This document shows, piece after piece, positions 1 to 11,627 of a stretch of DNA of 64,000 nucleotides (the first letter of the stretch is position 1; every line of letters begins with the position of its first letter). The notes beneath the pieces were generated by a model that saw only the letters and a list, made by a program, of their open reading frames with translations, was not told the origin of the DNA and ran no database searches. Position numbers and translations under genes: made by a program. This stretch comes from a bacterium (GTDB lineage Bacteria; Arandabacterota; Arandabacteria; Arandabacterales; JALGWA01). The DNA lies in the NCBI GenBank assembly GCA_050125095.1, contig JASFEA010000002.1:69-64068 (forward strand), written 5' to 3'.

Positions 1-253
1 CCGCGCCGGGGGACGAGACCTCCAGGAAATACCTCCCCTTGAAGAGGTCGCTCTCGTCCAGGACGCCGCTTATGGCCCGGCTGGCGGCGGCGCAATCGCC
101 CACGTTCACGCCCCCGGGCTTGTATATGAAAACCCTTAAGGTCCGCCTGCCGTGCGAAACCACAAGCCTGGTCTCGACCAGGTCGTAGCCAATCGCCTCC
201 AGAACAGGCAGAATCGCCGCGCTAACATTATCCTGTAAATCCGCACGGTTCAT
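1..253 (-). CDS. rimP: ribosome maturation factor RimP, N-terminal part (gene runs off the window start)
   Basis: Own minus-strand translation from ATG at 253..251: MNRADLQDNVSAAILPVLEAIGYDLVETRLVVSHGRRTLRVFIYKPGGVNVGDCAAASRAISGVLDESDLFKGRYFLEVSSPGA. It has the RimP hallmarks (LRVFIDKPGGV..DC...SR.IS..LD....Y.LEVSSPG). It is absent from the ORF track because the window edge truncates it. Confidence 0.6.
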   Translation of the reverse strand, partial: MNRADLQDNVSAAILPVLEAIGYDLVETRLVVSHGRRTLRVFIYKPGGVNVGDCAAASRAISGVLDESDLFKGRYFLEVSSPGA

Positions 254-343
254 AGACTTACCCTGGCCGTACATACTCTAAGAGTGGGCGTGGCCCACTC
301 ATGTCAAACTTACAACAGGTTCTAATAGAATGCAAGCGAAATC

Positions 344-3300
344 CTAGAACTTAATGAGTACAGAGACGTTGACGCCTATTGTCCTGCGGGTCTCATTGAG
401 CTTCTTGTTCGAGATCTGCTCGAAACGGGCATTGGCGGATCCCGTAATGCTCTTGGAGAAGGAGTAGGAGAGCTTGGGGATGAGGCTGAATCTGGATGTG
501 TGGAGATCGGTTATGTTGGCTTCCGGCGTCCGGTTGAGCTTGGTCTCATATGTGACGTCCATCGACAGCGAAAGATTGCTCTTGAACCTCAAGGTACGGC
601 CCGCGAATGAGATTCCCTGCGGTGCGCTGAACGAGTGCTTCACCGATATATTGACCGAAGTGGTCTTGGTCGTCTTGCGGCTGGCCGCCGCCAGGAAGGT
701 GTTGGACTCCCCACTGGAGTGCCTGATGTTGAAAGTGGTCCTCACCCCGTTCTTCCAGGTGGCGTCCCAGCCCACGAGGGGAACGAAGTCGGTGGTGTTA
801 TCCTCCCTGGTGATACTGGACTCGTTCTCACCATCCAGATTGGTGGTGGTCTTGTAACCGAAGTTGAGGGACGAGTTGGTCAGCGCCCCCCCGAACAGGG
901 CCGAGTAGAACGCCGAGGAGACGTTGGCCGAAACGTCCGGCCAGGTGCTCGTTTCCTTGTATGTCGTTCCGCCCGACCTCTCCTGCCGGGTCTTGTCATT
1001 CTTGTACTTGACACTGACGTTGAGGGCCTGGAAGGGCCGGAAGTCGGTTGAGACGTTGAGGCCGTCGCGGCGAGTTATCTCGTCCCGCCTCTGGGCAGTC
1101 GAACTCAACGAGTAGTTGAGTTCCTCGGGTACATAGACGGTGAACCCGAACTGGTAGGCCAGGTCAGGGCGTTCCGTGAGTTTGTAGTACCTGGACTTGC
1201 GGTCCAGGAGATAGCTCATGTTTATGTCGGGTAACCTGGATACGGTGCGCTTGAGCCACGAAATGCCCACAGTGTCTCCCGGCGCGGGCATTTTGAACAT
1301 ACCCTCGGGGGATACTATGAAGTCCACCGAAGCACGGCTGGATGATGAGACCCTTCGGACCCCGGGCGGGTCTCCCCCTTCCCTGACGGTGGGTCCCGAG
1401 TCCTCGGCGTAGTCGCCGTCATACGCGAACGTCGGGCGCAGCCACCTGCCCACCGTAGGCGTAATGCGGGTCAGATACCTCTGGGATCGCTGTATCTCCT
1501 GGCCCAGTCCGATGCTCTGCGGTATCGCGACATTCTTGTTGGTGTCGAGGTCGCGCGTCATCTTGAAACTGTAATCCGTATCAAGCGCCCTTCCCGTCAG
1601 GGGCTTCACTCCAATGTTGATGTCGCTCTTGATGACCCGGGTGTACTTGTCCGTGGTGACGACTCCCTTGCGCAGGTTGACCTTCTTGGTGTCGTTTACC
1701 GACCCGTAGACCTTGAGGTCCATCACGTCAGGCATGAAGGCCACCGCATAGCCCTTGAACAGAGTCAATGAATGTTTCCACCACGGCCTGAGCGAGTAGT
1801 TGAAATTACCGTTATACGTGATATTCGTGTCGGCGAACTCGGGCGTCCTGTCCCGCTTCCGGCTCATGCTGACGTTGACGTTCATCAGGTCCATGGTGAG
1901 CTTCATGAAGAGGTTCCTCGACTTGGCCGGCCTTGAGATATTCAGGCTATACGACTCGCTCTCCCGCGTGGTGCTCTCCGCCCTGCGCTGGTCCTCTTCC
2001 AGCGCAATGTCCGATTTGCTCTTGAGGGTCGGCACGGAGCGGGCTTTGGTGTACCTGGCGTTGAGGGGGAGCGAAATGCCGATGTCGGGGAGAAACCTGT
2101 CGACCTTGGTTGAGGCCGAAAGGGTTACATTGGTGTCGTCGCTTCCCTTGCGCTTGGCACCCCTCGTGGTGAACTCGGTGTCCGTGCGCTTGACGTCGGC
2201 CGAAAGCGTGAGCACGTCGGAGAACGACGCGCCCATCGAAACCCTGCTCGCGTAGCCCGGCTCGCGCCGGACGTCGGTAAGCCGAATGTCATCGAACCAC
2301 ACCTCCCCGTCCGCAGGGGCGCCGCCCAGGTTCATTACGCCGCCGGTGATCCGGGCGATCCTGGTGATCGAAGGCTCCCCGTAAACGGCCATCCACCCAC
2401 CGCCCACGGCGACCTTGCGCACGGGCACTTTCTCCACGCCGTATATGGTCACGGAGTCCGCGTCTTCGAGCTTAAGATTGGTAATATCGTCGAAGGATAT
2501 CTCCACCGTCTGCCAGCCCGGCTCGACCTTGACGGCGTATTCATAGAAGTTGACGCTGTCGGCCCCGAACCTTGTGTAGTGATATATGTCCTGGTCGGCC
2601 GAGGCCAGGTCGCCGTGGACGTAATAGGACAGCGTCTGGTAGGTCGTATAATCCTCCGGCGAGGCCATGGTTCTGTAGGCCGGGCCCATATTGCCCGGCT
2701 GGAGGTCGATGTACCTGAAGACCAGAGACTGCTCGCGCTTGCTGAAACCGTCGGGGTCCTTGCCCGGGTCGTAAGGCGGATTGTAATCGGGGTCGTCCGT
2801 GGTGTTCTTGGTCGCAAGGCCGTAGAGCTCGCCGGCCGCCGGGGGCACCCATTCCATTGTCACGGCGTCCCTCAAGCCTTCCTCCAGCCAGCTCGTGCCC
2901 ACGACCTGCAGATACGCCATCTGGAAGACATCCGCGGAATCGATGTTGGTGAGGAAGAAGCGGATATAGCGCGTGGATATCCAGTTGGGCGAACCACCCA
3001 GCGAGTCCGCGACCTCGAGGGGCACCCTGAAGTTGTACCAGTCGTTGCTCCTCTTGGTGAAGTAGGGCGAGTCCTCCGAAATGTCGAAGGAAAAGCGGAA
3101 GTGGGTGTTGGTCACATCGAGGTTGCCGTCACCGCTCAGGTCCTCCGTCTGGGGAATCCGGCTTGGATCCTCCTCATAGCCGTTGATATGGGCGTACCTC
3201 TCGGCGCCCGTCACATTGTCGTCAAAGAAGTAGTCGTCGTCGGGGTCGTCCCCTTCAGTGCCGGTGAACACGCCGTCGAGCCCCGTGTTTTCAGTATCAA

Positions 3301-6300
3301 GAAGTTCGCCGTCATTGTCCTTGTCCTCTGTGTGAAGCACGTCGGCCAGCCAGGGGCGGTAGAAGTCCTCGCTTACCGATCCCAGGTCGACGTTCATGGT
3401 CGCCGTTCCGTCGCCGGACTTCTGCCTGATCCAAACCTCCAGGAACTTGAGCCGGGAATAGTCGGCCCCGGCGCGGGAAATGAGCCTCATGAGGCCGCTC
3501 CACTGCTGGGCCGGGTCCGCCGAACCGCCCTCCGGGTACTTGAAGCCCTTGATGTCCATCTCGAGCACCGGGATAAAGGCCTCCCCGGGCCTCGACTCGG
3601 CGTCCGGGAATATGTCCTCCTGCGTAACCTCGCGGTCCTTGAGGTACCACCACATGCCCCTGTTGTCCGGCCAGTCGTAATTGGTGGGCGGGCTCGCAGG
3701 CACCCACGATTCCCTGGTCATGGAGTAGCTCCGGGTCTCGCTCACGCCTTCCATGTCATCGACATAGACGTCGTCCTTGGTATTGGGATTGGGGAAGCTC
3801 GCGGCGATCTCGCCCGATATGTCGAGCTTGGACGGCTCGTTGGCCCGCACGATGGGAAGCGCATTCATCATGGATGTCATCAAGTAGGGCCGCCAGCCGA
3901 ACTGGGCATTGAGATCGCCCATGAGAAGGCTACTGGGCTCCTGGCCGAGGCGCGGCCGCTCTTCGGGTGACTTCCTGCTCTGATACAGCCAAACCGTGGC
4001 CACATGCGACCTGTCCGCCAGGGAGTAGACCCCCTGCAGGCCCCCCAGGAACTCCTGGGCGAAAGAGATAAGCGGAACGTATTCGTAGTCTATGGTGATC
4101 TTGGCGTTGGGATCGGCCGCCTCCTCCGTCTTGAACCTTATCTGGCCTATATCGTAGTAGATGTCGTAGTCGGTTCCCCTGACGAGGCGCCTTCCGTCGA
4201 TCATCACCACCTCGCTGCCCTGGAGGATATTCATTCGGCCCAGGTTGAAGGTCGCCTGGGGAGTGGAGTAGCGGACTACCATGTAGTACTTCTGATGGCT
4301 CTTGATATCCTGGGAGAGCTCCCTGTAATGCGTGTTGTAGATGACGGGGTTCTGATCCTCCAGGTCCGCCGGCCTCGTCCCGGCAGGATAAGTCCCGGGG
4401 GCAAAAGGCTGGAGGTCCGGGAATTCGAGAAGACCGATGTCGCCGTATATCCTGCCCGGGTCGACGTAGTCATCAGTGGCCCACCCGTTTGCCTCCGTGG
4501 CCGGATTGGCTTCTTCGTCATAGAGGTCGAGTCCCATGATCTTGCGATACTGGTACTGGCCCTGCAGGTTATCGCCCCCCGTTCCCGCCTCTATCCTGTA
4601 AATCTCCGCCTCCACGCCCTGCTCGGAAACGAAACTCGCCCGCAGCGAATAAACGTTCTTCCTCTCCAGCCTGATGGTCTGCTGCCAGTACTCGGTGTCC
4701 GCCTGGTAGTCGTTGTAGGGCAGGCGTATCATCTTGAGTATGAGCCTGTTCTCCTCGTCCAACCCTCCCACCTGCTCGGTAGTCTCGCCGTTGCTGTACA
4801 CATACGCAACGGCCAGCGTATGCTCTTCGCTCAGGGCGCGCGTCAGGTCGAGGCCCCCCGTGAGGTCGTTGAGGGCATAGTCGCGGTTTCTCTCGAGAAG
4901 GCTGAACTTGCCCGGATACGTAAAGCCCTTCTCGGCCCATTCCAGGCTGTCCAGCGGCGCGGCGTTCACAAAGGGGTATGCGTCAATGACGCCCTCTCCT
5001 TCGTTGTTGGTGCCGATGCCGTCGTCAAGGTAAACCTGCACGTCGACTATCGTGTAGCCTTGCTTGATGTCTTCCGGATTGATGATGAAGAAGAAGCGGT
5101 CCCTGAGGAAGTCGGTGTCGTAGAGAACCACGGAGTCCTTCTTGGCCGCGCCCTCGAAGCGCGACGAGGCCGTCTGGCCCTCCTGCTTGCTCATGATGGC
5201 CGTGAAGTCCACCGGCCCCATCTTGCCGACCATCTTGGCCCCGAAGAGACCCTGATGCTGGCCGCTGTAGCTCACGAATTGCGAGCCGGGAATCGAAAGG
5301 TTGGTATTGCCCATCTCGACGCTCTGGACTATCTCATCGTCATAGCCCTCGTACCTCAGCTTGATCCTGTTCTCGAGCGGGGTCTGTACCTCGCTGTCAT
5401 GATGAACGCCGACATGTATCTTCTCGCCCACTGTGCCGTTGAGGTCTATCTTGAGGTGCTGCTTCATGTCGAGCTGGGGGAACTTGGACTTGGAGCCCCT
5501 CTCGGTGAGTTTTTCGTCCACTATATAGCTCGACTGGCCGCCGAAGGTTATCTGCTCGCTTCCCGACACGCTGAGATTGGCGCCCTGGCCGATCACGCGG
5601 CCTATTGTGTCGGGGAACTTGATCGGGATATCGATCTCGCTGAAGTCAGAGAGACTGCGCTCCTCGGCCTCGTATGTTCTCCGAGAAGCGTGGTCGAGCC
5701 AGATTTCGTCTATTGCCGCGTCGAAGTCGTACTCGATATCGGGATCTTCCCGGAACTCAGGGGGCCTGAACCGAATATGCGTCTTGGGACGGTACGACTT
5801 GAGGGTGAGAGTGTACCCGTACCTGGCGCTGCGGTCCTCGCTCACGGCCCTGGGCGGGCCCATGATCTCCCCACCCGGCGGAAGCGCCTCAGCCGCGCCG
5901 GTGGGGGCAGCGGCCGGGGGCGGGGCTTCATCGGGGCCCGGCTCTCTGTCGCCTTCAGCGCCTGCGCGCTCCCGCCCGGCCTCGCCGGGAGCCGGCGGGC
6001 CCTCGGGTACCTCGGGGCCGGTGTATGGAACGCCGGGAGAGACCGCCCTTTTCCCTTCCTCCCCGGCGCCCTCGGGCGCCTCCTCACCTCCGGGAGGCGT
6101 CACGTCGGCGTCGCCGGCGCGCTCTTCCTCGCGCTTCGCGCCGGGCGCGCTCCCGGAATCCGCTGGTTCGGCCTCCCCCGCGTCCTCGGCTTCCCCTTCC
6201 TCTCTCTCTTCGTGCCTGGCCTCCGCACCCAGGACGGGAGGGCCCATTATCTCGGCGTCGCCCACCGCCGTGCTGTCCCCGGGCTCCACTGCGGGCTCCG

Positions 6301-6382
6301 TCGCAGGCTTCTCCTGCGACCGGACCGCCAGGCCCGTCCCAATGAGAACCAGAACGATGCTTATGCCTATCAGGGCTTTCAT
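344..6382 (-). CDS. sprA: giant outer-membrane beta-barrel protein, SprA-like (candidate T9SS translocon)
   Basis: 2012-aa ORF. It has an N-terminal signal peptide (MKALIGISIVLVLIGTGLA), then a ~320-aa Glu/Pro/Ala/Gly-rich acidic low-complexity region, then ~1650 aa of alternating-polarity strands rich in S/T/N/Y/G that end in a C-terminal aromatic residue (..VLIKF). Its size and architecture fit the SprA family (TIGR04189-like). T9SS cargo and PorV-like genes elsewhere in the window make a T9SS translocon plausible. No search was possible. Confidence 0.5.
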   Translation of the reverse strand: MKALIGISIVLVLIGTGLAVRSQEKPATEPAVEPGDSTAVGDAEIMGPPVLGAEARHEEREEGEAEDAGEAEPADSGSAPGAKREEERAGDADVTPPGGEEAPEGAGEEGKRAVSPGVPYTGPEVPEGPPAPGEAGRERAGAEGDREPGPDEAPPPAAAPTGAAEALPPGGEIMGPPRAVSEDRSARYGYTLTLKSYRPKTHIRFRPPEFREDPDIEYDFDAAIDEIWLDHASRRTYEAEERSLSDFSEIDIPIKFPDTIGRVIGQGANLSVSGSEQITFGGQSSYIVDEKLTERGSKSKFPQLDMKQHLKIDLNGTVGEKIHVGVHHDSEVQTPLENRIKLRYEGYDDEIVQSVEMGNTNLSIPGSQFVSYSGQHQGLFGAKMVGKMGPVDFTAIMSKQEGQTASSRFEGAAKKDSVVLYDTDFLRDRFFFIINPEDIKQGYTIVDVQVYLDDGIGTNNEGEGVIDAYPFVNAAPLDSLEWAEKGFTYPGKFSLLERNRDYALNDLTGGLDLTRALSEEHTLAVAYVYSNGETTEQVGGLDEENRLILKMIRLPYNDYQADTEYWQQTIRLERKNVYSLRASFVSEQGVEAEIYRIEAGTGGDNLQGQYQYRKIMGLDLYDEEANPATEANGWATDDYVDPGRIYGDIGLLEFPDLQPFAPGTYPAGTRPADLEDQNPVIYNTHYRELSQDIKSHQKYYMVVRYSTPQATFNLGRMNILQGSEVVMIDGRRLVRGTDYDIYYDIGQIRFKTEEAADPNAKITIDYEYVPLISFAQEFLGGLQGVYSLADRSHVATVWLYQSRKSPEERPRLGQEPSSLLMGDLNAQFGWRPYLMTSMMNALPIVRANEPSKLDISGEIAASFPNPNTKDDVYVDDMEGVSETRSYSMTRESWVPASPPTNYDWPDNRGMWWYLKDREVTQEDIFPDAESRPGEAFIPVLEMDIKGFKYPEGGSADPAQQWSGLMRLISRAGADYSRLKFLEVWIRQKSGDGTATMNVDLGSVSEDFYRPWLADVLHTEDKDNDGELLDTENTGLDGVFTGTEGDDPDDDYFFDDNVTGAERYAHINGYEEDPSRIPQTEDLSGDGNLDVTNTHFRFSFDISEDSPYFTKRSNDWYNFRVPLEVADSLGGSPNWISTRYIRFFLTNIDSADVFQMAYLQVVGTSWLEEGLRDAVTMEWVPPAAGELYGLATKNTTDDPDYNPPYDPGKDPDGFSKREQSLVFRYIDLQPGNMGPAYRTMASPEDYTTYQTLSYYVHGDLASADQDIYHYTRFGADSVNFYEYAVKVEPGWQTVEISFDDITNLKLEDADSVTIYGVEKVPVRKVAVGGGWMAVYGEPSITRIARITGGVMNLGGAPADGEVWFDDIRLTDVRREPGYASRVSMGASFSDVLTLSADVKRTDTEFTTRGAKRKGSDDTNVTLSASTKVDRFLPDIGISLPLNARYTKARSVPTLKSKSDIALEEDQRRAESTTRESESYSLNISRPAKSRNLFMKLTMDLMNVNVSMSRKRDRTPEFADTNITYNGNFNYSLRPWWKHSLTLFKGYAVAFMPDVMDLKVYGSVNDTKKVNLRKGVVTTDKYTRVIKSDINIGVKPLTGRALDTDYSFKMTRDLDTNKNVAIPQSIGLGQEIQRSQRYLTRITPTVGRWLRPTFAYDGDYAEDSGPTVREGGDPPGVRRVSSSSRASVDFIVSPEGMFKMPAPGDTVGISWLKRTVSRLPDINMSYLLDRKSRYYKLTERPDLAYQFGFTVYVPEELNYSLSSTAQRRDEITRRDGLNVSTDFRPFQALNVSVKYKNDKTRQERSGGTTYKETSTWPDVSANVSSAFYSALFGGALTNSSLNFGYKTTTNLDGENESSITREDNTTDFVPLVGWDATWKNGVRTTFNIRHSSGESNTFLAAASRKTTKTTSVNISVKHSFSAPQGISFAGRTLRFKSNLSLSMDVTYETKLNRTPEANITDLHTSRFSLIPKLSYSFSKSITGSANARFEQISNKKLNETRRTIGVNVSVLIKF

Positions 6383-6474
6383 GGTCGCAAACTTCCCCAG
6401 TAGATATACTCCCGCACTGAATTACGGCAAGTTCCATGCCAGGCGGACCCCGGCGGCCCACATCCGTAAATGCC

Positions 6475-6484
6475 TGTATATAAT
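6475..6484 (+). promoter_or_regulatory. AT-rich -10-like element TGTATATAAT in the divergent sprA/lptF intergenic region (candidate lptFG promoter)
   Basis: A perfect TATAAT at 6479..6484 preceded by TGTA, which stands out in an otherwise GC-rich genome. It lies ~80 nt upstream of the lptF ATG at 6564. The -35 is weak (cccaca). Confidence 0.3.
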
Positions 6485-6563
6485 GGGCTTGCCCTCGGGG
6501 TCCATCTGGTGTAACTTGGCGTGGGGCCTGTTCATGTCCCTCTGGGGGACGCTTCTGTACAAA

Positions 6564-7901
6564 ATGAGAACACTTAGCCGATACATTCTCGGACAGCAGA
6601 TCGCGCCGTTTCTCTTCGGCATCTTCATCATCATGTTCATCCTGATCCTGGACTTCCTCTACAAGAACCTGGAGGTTCTGATAGGCAAGGGCGTCCCCAT
6701 AATGGTATCCATCGAGCTGCTCGTCCTCAGCATGGGCTGGATGATCGTCATGGCCATCCCCATGGCAGTCCTCATAGCCACGCTCATATCATTCATGCGC
6801 ATGTCATCGGACAATGAGGTCGTCGCGATGAAGACAGGGGGCATGAGCCTCCTCGCCATCGCCCGGCCCGTACTTGTCGCCGGCACAGTGCTCTCTTTCC
6901 TGATGATCCCGGTGCATAACTTCGTCGTCCCCGAGACCAATCACATGCTCGCCAATCTGCTCGTCTCCATCCACAGGAAAAAGCCGGCCCTGCAGCTCAG
7001 AGACGGCGTGTTCATGAACGACATAAAGGGATACAGCATACTCGTCGACAAGTCCAGAGGTCGTGACATAGAGGGCGTGACAATCTCCAAGCTCGAAGAG
7101 GGCAGGCCGGCCCAGACCATCAGGGCCGACCGCGGCGAGATATACTTCTCCGACGACGAAAACACGCTGGTGTTGAAGCTCTACGACGGCGAGATTCACG
7201 ACGTGGACGAGAGAGACCCCAAGAGATATCTCCGTCTGAGCTTCACGGAACACACAATGTACATCCCCGAAGCGGGGACGCAGCTCATCCGGCTGGAGAG
7301 GGAGCACCGGGGCGAGAGAGAAATGAGCATCACCGACCTCAGGGCCGAGATGGAGAAGGTCGAGGGCAAGATCGGCCAGGAGGCCGCGAAGGCGGATAAG
7401 ATAATCCGCGAGGCCGCCGAGGACCTCGAGGTATTCTACATCACCAGGACTTCGGAGACCGACAGCCGGGAGAGGACGGTATCGAAGGCGGCGACTTCGG
7501 TCATCTCATCGACCGAGGACAGGCTCTCCAGCGTCAGGCACCAGATAAACTCCCACAGGCGGCGACTCCGGTCGCTCTCGGTGGAGGTGCACAAGAAAGT
7601 GGCGCTTTCGTTCGCCTGCCTCGTATTCGTGTTCATAGGGGTTTCCATCGGGGTGCGCGCCAGGGAGGCCAGCGCCGGCGCGGGCATGATGATCAGCATT
7701 CTGTTCTTCGCGGTCTATTACGCCTTTCTGAAAGTCGGCGAGAACCTGGCCGACCGGGGTCTCATGCCGCCGGTGCTGTCAATGTGGGCCGCCAATATAG
7801 TGCTCGGCGCCGTGGGCCTGTGGCTTTTCATTCGAGCCGGCAGGGAACTCCCGTTCATACCCTTGGGCCTCCGGCGCGGCAGGAAGGCGGAGCGCCGGTG
7901 A
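6564..7901 (+). CDS. lptF: LPS export ABC permease, LptF/LptG (YjgP/YjgQ) family
   Basis: Translation MRTLSRYILGQQIAPFLFGIFIIMFILILDF... has the typical YjgP/YjgQ N-terminus and TM segments plus a central periplasmic beta-jellyroll-like insert. It is the first of two tandem paralogs. I moved the start to the ATG at 6564; the ORF-track start at 5577 is an antisense extension into sprA. Confidence 0.75.
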   Translation: MRTLSRYILGQQIAPFLFGIFIIMFILILDFLYKNLEVLIGKGVPIMVSIELLVLSMGWMIVMAIPMAVLIATLISFMRMSSDNEVVAMKTGGMSLLAIARPVLVAGTVLSFLMIPVHNFVVPETNHMLANLLVSIHRKKPALQLRDGVFMNDIKGYSILVDKSRGRDIEGVTISKLEEGRPAQTIRADRGEIYFSDDENTLVLKLYDGEIHDVDERDPKRYLRLSFTEHTMYIPEAGTQLIRLEREHRGEREMSITDLRAEMEKVEGKIGQEAAKADKIIREAAEDLEVFYITRTSETDSRERTVSKAATSVISSTEDRLSSVRHQINSHRRRLRSLSVEVHKKVALSFACLVFVFIGVSIGVRAREASAGAGMMISILFFAVYYAFLKVGENLADRGLMPPVLSMWAANIVLGAVGLWLFIRAGRELPFIPLGLRRGRKAERR

Positions 7902-8980
7902 AGATACTGGACAGGTACTCCATTCGCGAGTTCACGAAGACCACACTCATCGCCCTCTTCGCCTTCATCACCATCTTCATAACTCTCGACGTAGTGGAGT
8001 ATGTCGATGACTTCATCGACAACGACGTCGCCGTCCCCACGGTGATTAAATTCTACGCTTTTCAGATACCTCACATCTTCATCCTCTCGGTCCCGGTGGC
8101 CATTCTGATATCGGCCCTGCTCACTGTTGGACAGATGGCCAGGCACAACGAGCTCACGGCCATGAAGGCGTCGGGTATAAGGCTGTCCCGGGCGGTGCTT
8201 CCCCTGATCGTGGTCGGGGTCATCGCCAGTTTCATCTCGCTTGCCGTGGGGGAGATAATAATGCCGCGCACCGACACGGAGGTGATGCGCATCAAGACAA
8301 GCGATATCAAGAAGACGGGGGGCAGTCAGCCCCGCATTCAAAGAAACATCTCCTATCGCGGCAAGAACGGCCTATTCTACTTCGCCCCCGAGTACGATAC
8401 GCGCCGGCATGTCATGAAAGAAGTCGTCATCGAGAAATGGGACGAAAGCCTTGTATTCAGGATCAACGCCAGCAAGGCGACCTGGGTGGACTCGGTATGG
8501 GTGCTGACCGAAGCCTGGGTGAGGTGGTTCGACCGCGAAGGAGAGGTCGAGCGGGAGGATTACATCGAGGAGGACTCCTTCGGCGGGATCAGCGACTATC
8601 CGCGGGACATAAGCAAGGAACAGAAGGACCCCGAGGAGATGAGTTACTGGGAGCTCAAAACCCTTATCTCGCGCATAGAGGAGAGCGGCGCCGACGCCAC
8701 CAGGTACCATGTGGGGCTGCACATGAAGATAGCCTTTCCCTTCACCAATGTAATAGTGATCCTCCTGGGCGCGCCGCTCTCGGCAAGGCTCAGGCGGGGT
8801 GGCATAGCAGTGGGGGCGGGGCTGGGGCTGGGGCTGTGCTTCGTATACTACGGTTTCATACGCGTCGGCCAGGCCCTGGGCGACCACGGAGTGCTCGCCC
8901 CCATGCCGGCGGCCTGGATAGGCAACGTCCTCTTCGCCGTCGCCGGCATCATCCTTCTATTCCGGGCCGAAAGACACTAA
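7898..8980 (+). CDS. lptG: LPS export ABC permease, LptF/LptG (YjgP/YjgQ) family, second paralog
   Basis: VKILDRYSIREFTKTTLIALFAFITIF... is the conserved permease N-terminus. The GTG start at 7898 overlaps the lptF stop (GTGA). The ORF-track N-terminal extension (MGRQYSARRRG...) lies inside lptF and is rejected. Confidence 0.7.
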   Translation: MKILDRYSIREFTKTTLIALFAFITIFITLDVVEYVDDFIDNDVAVPTVIKFYAFQIPHIFILSVPVAILISALLTVGQMARHNELTAMKASGIRLSRAVLPLIVVGVIASFISLAVGEIIMPRTDTEVMRIKTSDIKKTGGSQPRIQRNISYRGKNGLFYFAPEYDTRRHVMKEVVIEKWDESLVFRINASKATWVDSVWVLTEAWVRWFDREGEVEREDYIEEDSFGGISDYPRDISKEQKDPEEMSYWELKTLISRIEESGADATRYHVGLHMKIAFPFTNVIVILLGAPLSARLRRGGIAVGAGLGLGLCFVYYGFIRVGQALGDHGVLAPMPAAWIGNVLFAVAGIILLFRAERH

Positions 8981-8987
8981 AAAAGCA

Positions 8988-9176
8988 GGGGTCAGGTCTT
9001 GAAATGCACAACACCCTCGGCGCGTTCGCGAAGGCGTTCCGCCGAGGCTTCGTGTTGTAAAGAAGCCAGCGGTGGAATGCCGATTAATCCGCAGGAGGTC
9101 GGCCAGTGTGCATTTCAAGACCTGACCCCTTAAACGCTTGAGGTCGGCCAGTGTGCATTTCAAGACCTGACCCCTC
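8988..9176. repeat. structured intergenic repeat element, copy 1
   Basis: Left arm GGGGTCAGGTCTTGAAATGCACA (8988..9010). A conserved ~95-nt core follows (…CCTCGGCG[cgttcgcgaaggcgttc]CGCCGAGG, GGCTTC[gtgttgtaaa]GAAGCC, GCGG…CCGC hairpins). The right arm TGTGCATTTCAAGACCTGACCCC is at 9107..9129 and repeats directly at 9152..9174 as part of a 37-nt direct repeat (9094..9130 and 9140..9176). The element fills the convergent lptG/ahcY intergenic region. A second copy sits at 43549..43725. Confidence 0.8.
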
Positions 9177-9181
9177 AAATG

Positions 9182-11594
<2,413 letters not shown>

Positions 11595-11627
11595 TGCACC
11601 TCCCCTTGCACTTCCAGGAAAAACGAA

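Noticed and set aside
2579-6403. Long plus-strand ORFs (2579..3970, 463 aa; 4004..6403, 799 aa; also 5577..6563 part of the 774-aa ORF) antisense to the SprA-like gene
   Set aside because: They lie opposite a 2012-aa gene with coherent beta-barrel composition. Their translations are Arg/Gly/Pro/Ala/Val low-complexity strings typical of antisense frames in GC-rich DNA. They have no RBS and no recognisable motifs.
9094-9176. Possible CRISPR array (two 37-nt direct repeats separated by 9 nt)
   Set aside because: There are only two repeats. The spacer is far too short. The repeats are the right arm of a palindromic element whose left arm lies 100 nt upstream. No cas genes nearby.
8981-9181. Insertion sequence / transposon at the repeat element
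   Set aside because: There is no transposase ORF, the element is under 200 bp, and no target-site duplication is obvious. It is treated as a non-autonomous structured repeat.
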